The notes beneath the pieces are model-generated. The model was not told where the DNA came from. It searched no databases and saw nothing but the letters and a program-made list of their open reading frames with translations. From contig CM000430.1 of assembly GCA_000165345.1 (NCBI GenBank), positions 800,001 through 864,000 of the forward strand: a stretch of DNA of 64,000 bases. Reading direction: 5' to 3'. Shown piece by piece: positions 32,018 through 42,301 of the stretch. Numbering within the stretch: position 1 is the first letter of the stretch; each line of letters opens with the position of its first letter. The translations under genes and the position numbers were made by a program.

Positions 32018-32037
32018 AAAAAAAAAAAAAAAAAAAA
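32018..32037. repeat. A20 homopolymer tract in the long divergent intergenic region
   Basis: Lies between the SNF2 gene (minus strand) and the gene at 32732 (plus strand). Confidence 0.7.
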
Positions 32038-32623
32038 TCAAGCAAGAGATTAAGGTGTAAAATGAACACAGGAATTTATAAACATAAGGTTTTGATTTTT
32101 TCTTTGAGAAAATAGTGGATTTATTTACACATTTTTTCTAATAATTAAAAAATTTAAATATATTTGCATGCTTTGCGCGCCAAAATACCTAGTGGTTTGA
32201 TAATACTAGTTTAAAATGACAATTTAATAAATGGAATAAAAGTAATAAAAAATGATAATAGACAAAAAATATTTGGAATTATTTGGTTCATAATAAGAAA
32301 CTTCAGTAAATAATGAAAAAAATTACTGAAAAAAGAGGACTAAATGAAAGTAAAGAAATAAATATATTATACTAATATTAAAAATTTTAGTATGCATGTA
32401 GAATACTGCACACACACAAAATGGCGAAAATTAAAAAAAAAAAATATGAAATAATGGAATTTCACGACATGTACGCTAAATTATAAAAAAAATTGGAAAA
32501 CAAGTTTTCAACGAGTTGATTAAGTTATAAACGGAAATATAGTGAAAAAGAGTGTGAGAAGAAATAAAGCTAAAGTTGGAAAATATAGTAAAGAAAGAAA
32601 TTAGGTCATTAAGCTTATATTGC

Positions 32624-32648
32624 TTGCATGCATATATGCATGAAATGT
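32624..32648. promoter_or_regulatory. GCATGC cluster CTTGCATGCATATATGCATGAAATG
   Basis: About 90 bp 5' of the ATG at 32732. Confidence 0.4.
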
Positions 32649-32731
32649 ATATGCTGTATAATATATAATAATATTTTGATTGAGAAAATAAATTAAGTTA
32701 ATATTGGTGAATAGTTTTTCTAGTAGAATAA

Positions 32732-34219
32732 ATGTATTTACATAATAAAGAAAGTAATGTTGAAAGGATTAGAATAAATTTTAAAGATGAGCTAGGAGTG
32801 GTTGCAACAAATATATTTAAGAGAGCATTTGTTAGTATATTGAAAAAGCATGATAAATTTCATAATGGGATAGTGACAGCAGAAAAATTTTGTAATTCAA
32901 TTAAAGAAACAGATGAATGTTTAAGAAAAGAGGATAATATTTGGGGTGTTATAGTGGATTCTGAAGATAAATGTAATGTATCATCCCCTATTATAACCTC
33001 AATAATGAGTTTAGTTCAAATAACAGAGGATAAGTACGTTAACTGTAAGCCTTTATATTTAGATGTTGAGAGAATAGTATCAACAGTATTGGTGAAGAAT
33101 CCATATAACGAGAGTACTATTATGGTAAGTCAAATACAAAGAACGTCTTTAGAAAAGGATCATGTAAAGTACTCAGTAAGATGTCCAAAAATGTTTTTGG
33201 AAGATTTGTATCCACCAGCTTTAGAATCAGCAAATAAATATAGTAATAAAAATAGACAAAATAGCATTTTTGAAATAAATAGAAAAGATTTTTCAGAAGA
33301 GAATGATACAGAAAAACAAGAAGAAAAACTTCCTCAGTTAAGAGCTCTTCCTCCTGATAAATTAGATGATTTCAGAAAGTTATATGCGATGTGGAATAGA
33401 TGTATGTTATCCGATGAAGATTTTATAATACATATGAAGAAGGATATTGGAATAGAACAGATTCCAAGAGAATTTTTGTTACAAGTTGCAAATAAAGGTC
33501 CAAGCAGAACTTTATCTTTTAGAGATGCAATCTGCTCCTTATTTATTAATGATGTTGATTCTTTAAGAAAATATAGACCAGATTTTTTAGTTCCTCAGCC
33601 AAGTAGAATTCCAATTGAAAGTGTTTATAACCCAGTAACACATGAAGATACTATTGATAAAAGCACTCAAAGAATTCTGGAATGCTGTAAAAAAGGTTAT
33701 GGAAAGATATTTAACTCTATTGATTCACTTAATGATGATATGCTTAATGATTTTAAATCATTTGGAAGAAGACATAAACAAAACTCTAGTGAATCTGCCA
33801 TTCTTAAGAAATCTATAGAAATTAATAATCAACTTAGTAACAAAAATGAGATCCAAGTATCTAGTTCTGATATAAGTTCAACTATATCTCCAAATCATTC
33901 AGAAAAACCCAAATTTGATTTTGTTATTAACGATATTGATTCTGATGAAGAGCGTGCGAAAATAAGAGGAAAACAGCTATCCAATTATCATAGATTAACT
34001 GTAACTATGCCTAATACCCTTCAAACTCAGCTTAAAAGATGCGCTGCTGGCGAAACTTCTGGTAATGCCATTAGGCAATACCTTAAATATTATGGTATAC
34101 CTATTTCTGTTTCTATGGATACTCTTCTAAGAAGAAGTGATGAAGATGGATCTGTCTCCTTTACTTCATTAATGAAAGAAGTCTATCATTCTATTAAAAA
34201 CATGCAATCTTCTTTATAG
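32732..34219 (+). CDS. Hypothetical protein (495 aa)
   Basis: Clean ORF starting at an ATG. It is preceded by a GCATGC cluster at 32624-32648, about 90 bp upstream. No domain was recognised. Confidence 0.55.
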   Translation: MYLHNKESNVERIRINFKDELGVVATNIFKRAFVSILKKHDKFHNGIVTAEKFCNSIKETDECLRKEDNIWGVIVDSEDKCNVSSPIITSIMSLVQITEDKYVNCKPLYLDVERIVSTVLVKNPYNESTIMVSQIQRTSLEKDHVKYSVRCPKMFLEDLYPPALESANKYSNKNRQNSIFEINRKDFSEENDTEKQEEKLPQLRALPPDKLDDFRKLYAMWNRCMLSDEDFIIHMKKDIGIEQIPREFLLQVANKGPSRTLSFRDAICSLFINDVDSLRKYRPDFLVPQPSRIPIESVYNPVTHEDTIDKSTQRILECCKKGYGKIFNSIDSLNDDMLNDFKSFGRRHKQNSSESAILKKSIEINNQLSNKNEIQVSSSDISSTISPNHSEKPKFDFVINDIDSDEERAKIRGKQLSNYHRLTVTMPNTLQTQLKRCAAGETSGNAIRQYLKYYGIPISVSMDTLLRRSDEDGSVSFTSLMKEVYHSIKNMQSSL

Positions 34220-34270
34220 CCAATTTACTATTCTTGCATTACATGCAAGTTACATGTTTAATAATTCGCA

Positions 34271-34287
34271 GTGGCGCCGGCGCCAAT
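34271..34287. promoter_or_regulatory. Tandem E2F-like site GTGGCGCCGGCGCCAAT
   Basis: About 140 bp 5' of the ATG at 34423. The GGCGCC core is duplicated. Confidence 0.4.
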
Positions 34288-34422
34288 ATGATTTTATATT
34301 TATATTTGTTAATTTACAATAATAGACTTTTAGGCTTATTTGATTAATTTGTGATTACCAACAACTATAGAGTCAATAAGAGATTTTTTTTTGAGTAAGT
34401 ATCTGCGGATTCATTTTGCAGA

Positions 34423-35065
34423 ATGGCAGATCAACAGGATGTGGAGATGGCCCAAAGTGATCATCAAAACGTACCAGATACTATAAATGAACTAGTTTTG
34501 AAGGAAGAGAAAAACATATCAGAAAAATCAAAAATAAAAGAGTATTGTAAATCTGTGCTTGAAAAAGATTTAGATCATTCAATTAATTGTGATATTATTG
34601 ATCAAAGTGAGGTTTCTGAGTTTCGATCACAAGTCAATAAAATGAAAATGTGGCCAAGCTTTGATCATATCTTTAAAGCTGCTAGAAGGGACAATAAATG
34701 GTATCTGAGATCACAGCCTTTAAGAGGTATAAATAAGATTTTATTTGAAGAGCAGAAACTAATTAACATTTCGAAGGTAAGAAATCTGGCCATTATTTGT
34801 TTTTTTTTCTTACTAATTATTTAACTTTATTCTTTCAATTTGAATTATCAACTAGGCAATGTATAAGGGCTTGGCCATCGCCCCAATTCCAGAAGGAGTC
34901 ATTGAAACAGCTGTTCAAACTATTATAAACAGTAATGATGTCCTTCCTGAAATATCTGATTTTGTAAGTTCAACTCCAAATAGTTTATTATGATCCAAAA
35001 CTTATCTTCATTTTCAGACTGTCAAATGTAAAGACTCGAAACACATAAAAACAACATTAAGTTAG
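34423..35065 (+). CDS. Hypothetical small protein, 3 exons (about 170 aa)
   Basis: Exons are 34423-34776, 34856-34963 and 35018-35065. The introns run from GTAAGA to CAACTAG and from GTAAGT to TTTTCAG, and the exon phases are consistent. An E2F-like GTGGCGCCGGCGCCAAT lies about 140 bp upstream. The track shows only the read-through ORF 34423..34824. Confidence 0.45.
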
Positions 35066-35409
35066 AAGTTCTTTCTGCTATTATTCTAATATTTAAATAT
35101 ATTATATATAAGTCCATATTTAAAATTTAATAAAACGTATATAAATGTTTTTTATCTATTCTCAATCATTCCCGTTTATTCTTCGTCCAAATTCCTCTAC
35201 AAAAAATTCAACCTTAATGATATTATAGGAAATAGAGATCAGGGAGGGAATATTAAGTGCAAATAAAAACAAAGTACAAACAAAATTTAGGACTACTAAG
35301 CTGCCCCACTAGAACTAAGAAGTATGGAAATACAAATTTGACCAACTTCTAACTTCTCTCTGTAAAAGTATAATTCGGAGTTCTGGTGAAAACGAGCAAA
35401 GCGATAGGC

Positions 35410-36216
35410 TTAACTAGCCAAAGATAAAAACATTGCGGAGCTGTGAGCGAAGTTAATACGCTTAGCAAAAGCATGAGTACCCGGTACCAATAAAGACATG
35501 AAGTAGGAGCTTGACTCAAACTTGAATATTTGGGGGATAGAACTAACATTGAAAGCTAGCTCTCTGAGACCTTTAAAGTTAGAAATGACACATCCTGAAG
35601 ATACATTTTCAATGAAGAGGATCAGATTATATGCTATTAAATCGTTGAATGAAACTTTGTTACCCATCAAAAATTTGTGTTCTGTAGAAGCGAAGGTGTC
35701 ATTCAAAACCTTCAAAGTTTGATAAATATTCTCATTAGTAAGAAGTTTTGAACAAGTCAAAGTCTTTGAGGAATCTAAAATCTTGGTAGTTTTCTTAATG
35801 TAACTCCTAGCAATGGAAGAAAGCTGGATTGAAATTGTATGTAACAACAAATTCTTTGAAAATAGTTCTTTGTTATATGAAAGAATAATATAACTTAAAA
35901 CTGCTTCATCAGTACTGAGGTATTGAACATTCTTTGCAGTATCGCTGATCATTGGAATTGATGGTTGAAGGAATCCAGACTTGATAATTTCTTTGAAAAG
36001 CTTAGCCTGAGATTCTGAATCTTTCTTAAATCTAGTTTCAGTAAATGCAAGACCAGAGTAAACAAGAACAGTTCTAACCAAATGATTGCTATCTAGTTCC
36101 TTAGTTGAATAGAGTGTAATTGGAACAATACTTGCCTTGGCTTTTACTGACTCCACTGAAGTAGAGAAAAGTGCAAGAAAAGCAAAAACTGAAGCTAATA
36201 AACTTATGGACTTCAT
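35410..36216 (-). CDS. Secreted hypothetical protein with a signal peptide
   Basis: The track starts at a TTG at 36222; the first ATG is at about 36216. The N-terminus MKSISLLASVFAFLALFSTSVESVKA is a classical signal peptide. An E2F-like TTTCCCGCC lies about 130 bp upstream at 36342-36350. Confidence 0.5.
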   Translation of the reverse strand: MKSISLLASVFAFLALFSTSVESVKAKASIVPITLYSTKELDSNHLVRTVLVYSGLAFTETRFKKDSESQAKLFKEIIKSGFLQPSIPMISDTAKNVQYLSTDEAVLSYIILSYNKELFSKNLLLHTISIQLSSIARSYIKKTTKILDSSKTLTCSKLLTNENIYQTLKVLNDTFASTEHKFLMGNKVSFNDLIAYNLILFIENVSSGCVISNFKGLRELAFNVSSIPQIFKFESSSYFMSLLVPGTHAFAKRINFAHSSAMFLSLAS

Positions 36217-36656
36217 ATTCAACTAATTCTTGAATTGAAATTTTTTAAATGAGATAAATTGCAAGAGAATATTTCAAAAATTTCGGTAATAATCCACAGT
36301 TTTATTAGTTACTTCTTCGAGAGAAATAAGATTTCCCGCCTTATAATTTATGAATAGTGGTCTTTATCATTACGTATATTTTGTGAAAAAGATAACTTTG
36401 ATTAATTAGGGTATCTAATTGAACAAAAGACATTAGACTGAAGTATAATGATACTTAATTACTACTATATATTTTTGATGATGATCTACTTTCAAGTAAC
36501 TTTAACTTACTATCTCATGATAATAAATATAAATATGAATGGCGGGAAATGTTTGAAATTAAGTAAGCATGTATAAAAATAATATATAATATAATAAAGA
36601 AGATATTGAAATATTTCCTCGGAAGATCGTTTTACTGTGATTATATTGTTAAATTT

Positions 36657-38045
36657 TTAAAAGTATTCTCCACTACTTCCGCTTTGCTCACTACTATCAT
36701 CTTGACTTTCTGAGGTACTTTGATCTTGAAGATCATCAGTATTTTGGGAATTATCCGTACTATCTTCAGTTTCATAGTATCCATCAGTGCCAGAACTTCC
36801 ACTTTCTTCAGATTTGCTATGTTCGTATCTTGATGATTCCTCATCTGTTTCTGAGAGATTACTACCAACTGAACTTTCAACTTCTTCGTCTTTATCTGAC
36901 TGTGTTCTGTTGGTTGATTCACTCTTGCCAGCTTCTTGACCTTTATCATTAAAGCTTATATGTTCGTTGTCTGTACTATTTGGTTCATTAAGTACAGATA
37001 CAGATTTAAACCTTTTTTTTTCTTTATACTTTCCACCAATTATAGAATCTTTAATGTTTATAGATTCAAAATCCATGAACTCTGATTCAGATAACATACC
37101 AGAAGAACTTTCAGAAGAATCAAATATATCCAGTTTCTCATCAACAATTTCATCTTCAATTACTGAATCTCTACTTTTAATGCTAGACTCAGATTCTTCT
37201 TTAAATAATTCATCAATTGCAACGATTTGACTTTCAGGTGCATTAGTGGAGTAGTCTATTCTTATTTCTCTTGGCTGTGGTTCTATCTGTGGCAATGGCA
37301 TTTTAACATAGTTCATATGCATGGGAAGAACTTTTGGAACTAAGAGTAAAAGTGAATCGTGTTTTAATATAAATTTTTCTGTTTCTTCAATAAGTGGAAT
37401 TTCATTTTCATCGAGGTATTCATCATATGAACTATATGGAAGAATATATTTAACAATTTCTGATTCTTCATCAGATTGAGAAGTTTGATTTTGATCAGCT
37501 GCAAGAGCTGATTTAAAGCTTTCTCCTAAATTAAAGCTATTACCCAAAATACTATCCGCTTCATTTTCGAATTTTGAGGAATAGAAGTCATTGAGCCTTA
37601 ATCCAGAATTGGGTTCTGAACTGGTTTCTTCAGTGAACTTCCGTAGTTCTTCAAGTTCTTCTTTCTTGAAACTTAATGGGTCACTTGCTGTAGCAAGTTT
37701 TCTACATTGTTCTTGATAATTTTTTAATCTTTTTTCAAAAAAAAATTTTACTATTTTATCTTTCATAGTGGCTTTGCCATCCAACATATTACGTACTGAC
37801 TTTTTACATTTTTTTAAATTATAACGTACATTAAATGCAACAGATTTACTTTCAAAAATTTCATCAATCCACGTGATTATCAACTTTTGTTGTTCTTGTT
37901 TCAACCTTCGATGATCCTTACAAATTTTCAAAATATTATATGAAAATTCAGTCATATCTTTCTGTATTTGACCTAGAATCCCCGATCCAGACAACAGGTA
38001 AAATATATAAAGAAAGAATGTTAAGACTTTCCGATTACGGAACAT
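36657..38045 (-). CDS. Secreted acidic low-complexity protein (signal peptide plus a Ser/Asp/Glu-rich C-terminus)
   Basis: ATG at 38045. The signal/TM segment is MFRNRKVLTFFLYIFYLLSGSGILG. The C-terminal 150 aa are Ser/Glu/Asp-rich (SESQDDSSEQSGSSGEYF). An E2F-like TGGCGGGAAAAA lies about 165 bp upstream at 38208-38219. Confidence 0.55.
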   Translation of the reverse strand: MFRNRKVLTFFLYIFYLLSGSGILGQIQKDMTEFSYNILKICKDHRRLKQEQQKLIITWIDEIFESKSVAFNVRYNLKKCKKSVRNMLDGKATMKDKIVKFFFEKRLKNYQEQCRKLATASDPLSFKKEELEELRKFTEETSSEPNSGLRLNDFYSSKFENEADSILGNSFNLGESFKSALAADQNQTSQSDEESEIVKYILPYSSYDEYLDENEIPLIEETEKFILKHDSLLLLVPKVLPMHMNYVKMPLPQIEPQPREIRIDYSTNAPESQIVAIDELFKEESESSIKSRDSVIEDEIVDEKLDIFDSSESSSGMLSESEFMDFESINIKDSIIGGKYKEKKRFKSVSVLNEPNSTDNEHISFNDKGQEAGKSESTNRTQSDKDEEVESSVGSNLSETDEESSRYEHSKSEESGSSGTDGYYETEDSTDNSQNTDDLQDQSTSESQDDSSEQSGSSGEYF

Positions 38046-38207
38046 TTCTATTTTTCACTTGTCCTAAACCATATGATTTTCTTAACTATTTCAAATAATC
38101 CAAGTTAAACTGTTTAATTCATTCTTTAATAAATGCGTTGTTTACTTCTATAACTTAAACTTTTCTCTTTTTCAACAAATAAATAAATATTGATAGATCA
38201 ATGCATG

Positions 38208-38219
38208 TGGCGGGAAAAA
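38208..38219. promoter_or_regulatory. E2F-like site TGGCGGGAAAAA next to a CATGCA, in the divergent promoter between the genes at 36657..38045 and 38690..40927
   Basis: GGCGGGAAA core. It is immediately preceded by ATGCATG at 38201-38207. Confidence 0.4.
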
Positions 38220-38689
38220 CATGCAGAACACCCCACATTGTAATACTTTCTTACGTGTCATTGTCATGCAATAACTTAAGTCAGGCCTAAAACAAAAACA
38301 AATGGAATTCAAGTTTTAATACAGGGAAAAATACTGTTTGAATAAGTATTAATTTTTAACGAATTGAATTTTGAAAAGTTATTCATAAATACATTAATAG
38401 CTCGAAATAAAGGTTGAGATTTCTATTAAATTGACAAATATAAGAAAACAGAAATAGAATTAATGGTAAAATATAGTAAAGAATATCCTGAGTGTAAGAA
38501 CCAAGTAATAAAGATAATTTTAAATTGAGATATTTAATAATTCAGTTTTTAATTGATTACGCCGCAAAAGACCTTTATTAGTGTATTACACACGGCTTAA
38601 CACACAAATGTGTATTTGAGAAGGGTATGAAATAATTCTGTGAATTAAAAGAACAAAATTACAAAGCAAAAGAGGCTCCAATTAAGGAA

Positions 38690-40927
38690 ATGGAGTCTTC
38701 CAGTAGAGATATTTTAGAACTTGAAGGAATATTGGAACTTTATAATTGGGTTCAAAAGTATGATCAATCAAAGGTACCTACAAAAAGAAGTATATTTCTC
38801 GTAATAAAAAGTAAACTTAATTTAAAAGTAGTAAATAAAAATAGTCTTTCTACACCAAAAGCTATTGGATTGTCAAAAAATGGAAATTCTAAGACCTTCT
38901 TTAAACAAGGTGAAAATTTGAGTGAAAAAAGATACTTTCCAAATAGGTCTCAAAATTACATGGGAGGTTTGATAGGCTCCGGAATATATGGGTCAAGTAT
39001 TGGAAGAAGATCAAGGCCATCAACTCTTTGTTCAATTTATCCAATTTCAGCGTTTTCTAGAATTCATGAGACTCTTTTAGATGCAAGTTACAAGAATAGT
39101 AGAATTTGTGACTATAGCAATTCTTCGGATGGAAATGAAAGCAGTGAAGATTATAGAACTTATATGAATGAAGAAGAACTAAAAGCTGATTATGATTCAA
39201 ACAGTCGATACCAGGAAGCTAAATGTAAAAGTTTGGAAAGAGGATCAGGAAAATCTATTGTAGAAAAAAATATTCAAGTGAGTGAAACAGAGTTTGATGA
39301 AGAAAATTATAATAGTAAATATCGTCACGAAATTGATACAAAGTCTTTGAACCATTTAATAATATACCTCAGGAATATTATCAAGGCACGAATTAGTAGT
39401 CATTACGTAAATGATGGTGAGGATTTAATTAGAGGTAATAACTTTTGTTTTTTAACACTTTGGAAGAAGATTGAAGAACTCACACAACAAAAAGCTAGTG
39501 AATTAAATGAAGAAATGATTGTTTGGCAACAACTTAGAGATGTTTTACTATTAACAGGAATGTCATTAAAGTATCCAACATGGTCTGGAGAACAATTGAC
39601 TAATATAATATCCAGAGTTATTCCAAAAAAAATGTTGAATATAATTATTGAAAATGGTAGAAATAGTCTTCAAACAAATACTGATAAGAATAAAAAATGT
39701 AATCAAGGGTTATCTGAGCTATATTATACTTTCATTGAAAGTTCAAAAACCATTTTTGATTTACTTACTGTAAGTAAACTAATTCAAGAGAGTTTGTCAA
39801 AGTATATAAATACAATTAAAAATTTGAAAGTTGATAAACAATTAACATTTATAATAAGTAAAGAAGCTGTTGATATAGGATTTGAAAATCATCAACTATC
39901 TTCTGAAGAAGAAGATTTCTTAGAGGTGATAACAACATATAGTACTTGTGGAGAATATGGATTTGACGAAGATGATGGATATGCGAGTGTTGTAGAGTCA
40001 GAATATAATGAATTTTCTTCAACTAATAAAGCTTCAGATTTGAATGGAAGAGAATTTAAATTAATTGATTCCCTTGGCCTATTTGTGAATTTGAGCGATG
40101 TAAAAAGGCCATTAATAAATGATTATACTTCTAGTAAAGTTAATAATGGCATTGGGTTTTCAAATAGAACTAATATAGAAAATTCAAATACTACCATTAT
40201 GACATCAACTACTACTACAGTAACCACAGCTAATACTAAAAATGAGAGTAGTAGTAATGGAAAATTCATTCATTCTGATACCGATATCAGTGATTATGAT
40301 GATAGAAAGACTAGTTTTGAGTTTAATATTAGTAATTCAGTACAGCAAATAGGTGAGAATGTTATTAACTTGGGGATTTCAAGGAGGAATCTTCAAGATT
40401 TAGTAAGTGGAACAATAATCAGGAATTCATCATCATCTTCTTCAGTATATATTGAAAAGGAAATATTAATAGGCATGTGCAAAGCTATTGACGATTGTAT
40501 TTACCATTCGAATTCAATTCTAGAACATTGCAATAAAAACAAAGTGGTTAAGGGTAAAAACTCATCAAGACGAACTCTGATGTGGTTTTCTATTTCAATA
40601 ATTATTGTGTTACTTAACATTTTTATTGGAGAATATAATAAGTCAGTTATAGAGTCTATAAAAAGATCAACTACTACTCCTTGCAATCAGAGTTTTGGAT
40701 CAGAAAAAATATCCATTAGGTCACTTAATTCAAAAGATAAGTTAGAGATTTATGATGCAGATAATTCTTACTCTGAAAGCAATTTAAATTTGATCAATGC
40801 ATCCGATTGTATTTTATCTAAAGACAAAAATCAAAGTGGTGTGAATTCTGATATTTGTAATGTGATTGGAGATATTACTGTAATTCAAAAGTGTTTTACA
40901 AATATAAATAAATCTCATAGAAATTAA
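38690..40927 (+). CDS. Hypothetical protein (745 aa) with a poly-Thr stretch and one C-terminal transmembrane segment
   Basis: ORF-track coordinates. A hydrophobic helix LMWFSISIIIVLLNIFIGEY lies near the C-terminus. There is a Thr-rich stretch (TSTTTTVTTANT). Confidence 0.55.
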   Translation: MESSSRDILELEGILELYNWVQKYDQSKVPTKRSIFLVIKSKLNLKVVNKNSLSTPKAIGLSKNGNSKTFFKQGENLSEKRYFPNRSQNYMGGLIGSGIYGSSIGRRSRPSTLCSIYPISAFSRIHETLLDASYKNSRICDYSNSSDGNESSEDYRTYMNEEELKADYDSNSRYQEAKCKSLERGSGKSIVEKNIQVSETEFDEENYNSKYRHEIDTKSLNHLIIYLRNIIKARISSHYVNDGEDLIRGNNFCFLTLWKKIEELTQQKASELNEEMIVWQQLRDVLLLTGMSLKYPTWSGEQLTNIISRVIPKKMLNIIIENGRNSLQTNTDKNKKCNQGLSELYYTFIESSKTIFDLLTVSKLIQESLSKYINTIKNLKVDKQLTFIISKEAVDIGFENHQLSSEEEDFLEVITTYSTCGEYGFDEDDGYASVVESEYNEFSSTNKASDLNGREFKLIDSLGLFVNLSDVKRPLINDYTSSKVNNGIGFSNRTNIENSNTTIMTSTTTTVTTANTKNESSSNGKFIHSDTDISDYDDRKTSFEFNISNSVQQIGENVINLGISRRNLQDLVSGTIIRNSSSSSSVYIEKEILIGMCKAIDDCIYHSNSILEHCNKNKVVKGKNSSRRTLMWFSISIIIVLLNIFIGEYNKSVIESIKRSTTTPCNQSFGSEKISIRSLNSKDKLEIYDADNSYSESNLNLINASDCILSKDKNQSGVNSDICNVIGDITVIQKCFTNINKSHRN

Positions 40928-41173
40928 TATAATCTAATTTAAGGCGCCATATACAAATAGCTTCTATAAAAGAAAATTACATGCATGGGGGACAATGCTA
41001 ATTAATTATTGGTGCCCGCCAAGTACCGAAAATTAATGGAAAAATCACTCAAAAAAAAATGTAGTGAAGAATAGAGGGTAATTTAACAATCAAGAAAACC
41101 AATATTATGTAATCGAGCTAAAACAACTGAGAGCTGAATATACTTTTACATACTAATTTATTAATGATTGAAG

Positions 41174-41626
41174 ATGATTCAAGTTGTTTGCATTAGTATC
41201 GTTGATAGAAGTAACCAACCTTTATTTTTTAGAACATTGGAAAATGAATCACTTGATTCACTTCATTTTGCAGTTTATTCTGCATTGGATATCATTGAAA
41301 GAAAGGCCAGCGGTGATGCAATGGAAGGATCTTTGGACCCATATTTGGGTTATTTAGGACCTGCAATTAGTTTAAGTTATGAATATGAAATTTATGGCTT
41401 CCTAAGTTTCTCTCACGTGAAAATTATTGTAGTACTACAAGATCATCCTGAAAATGAAATCGAGCTCCGAAATTTCTTCCACAATGTATATAAAGCTTAC
41501 GTGGATTCTATATGTAATCCTTTTTTATTAAGAACAATAGAAACACCTAAATTAATTGGAAAGATTGATAGGTTAATTTCGAGTGCTCGGGAAGTTAATA
41601 TTCATATAGACAAGGGTCAATCATGA
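41174..41626 (+). CDS. TRAPPC2L: TRAPP complex subunit 2-like protein (sedlin / TRAPPC2L / Tca17 family)
   Basis: The track starts at a TTG at 41168; the ATG is at 41174. The sequence aligns to the sedlin family: MIQVVCISIVDRSNQPLFFR matches VCIAVIAKENYPLYIR, HVKIIVVLQD matches KVKFVMVVD, and RNFFHNVYKAYVDSICNPF matches the family CNPFY motif. An E2F-like TGCCCGCCAA lies about 145 bp upstream. Confidence 0.75.
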   Translation: MIQVVCISIVDRSNQPLFFRTLENESLDSLHFAVYSALDIIERKASGDAMEGSLDPYLGYLGPAISLSYEYEIYGFLSFSHVKIIVVLQDHPENEIELRNFFHNVYKAYVDSICNPFLLRTIETPKLIGKIDRLISSAREVNIHIDKGQS

Positions 41627-42113
41627 ATAAAGTGAACATATTTTCTTATAGAAATGATAAAATTGAAGATTTATAAAAAAAATATACATTGTAGAAATAT
41701 ACACCTTTTTTTTCTTTCAAATGATCCTGCAGTTTTGTGGGATTTATTATAAGTTTTAGCTTGCTAATTTATAATTTTATAGATAGATAAAAATATATTT
41801 TGTTTATAATGAATCATTAAATGTTTCTATTAAAGCAAATTACTTTGAAGAGACAGTTGGCGCCCATGCAATCAAAATTATTAATATAATGCAAATGTAA
41901 AAAGTTTGGACTTAATATGTTTTCAGGAGCGGTAAAAAGATAAAATATTACAGAAAACAATTCCATAAACACTTTGGTGATAGAAAAGGTAGTGATTAGA
42001 CCTAAATTGAATTATATGCATTTAATTAACTATTCTTTGATCTAATTGCGGTATTTACTAGTTAACTTTTTTAATACAAGTAATATTTAACTCAATTTCG
42101 AGTCCCCACAAAT

Positions 42114-42128
42114 TCGGCGCCAAAAAAT
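42114..42128. promoter_or_regulatory. E2F-like site TTCGGCGCCAAAAAA
   Basis: About 180 bp 5' of the ATG at 42302. A second site, TTGGCGCCCATGCAATC, lies at 41858-41874. Confidence 0.35.
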
Positions 42129-42301
42129 CAAATATTAATATATTTATTTTAATGTTTTAGAAGGTAAAAGGCAACATTAGAAATAAAAAGGGAGAAGTAA
42201 AGGGTGAAAATTGCCATAATATATTTCAACCTTCTGTCCTTAAGTATAATTTTAGATAAGGAAGGTATTGTTGGGGTTTTGTAAATTAGGAAGGGGCAAA
42301 T

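Noticed and set aside
34390-34420. A GTAAGT...TTTTGCAG pair immediately upstream of the ATG at 34423, resembling a 5'UTR intron.
   Set aside because: The interval is only about 27 nt, shorter than any plausible spliceosomal intron. It is probably a chance match.
35349-35549. A 66-aa ORF overlapping the 3' end of the secreted-protein gene, considered as a possible frameshifted C-terminal extension (serpin-like length).
   Set aside because: The main ORF ends in a clean TAA with no donor site and no in-frame continuation. Serpin signature motifs were not found.
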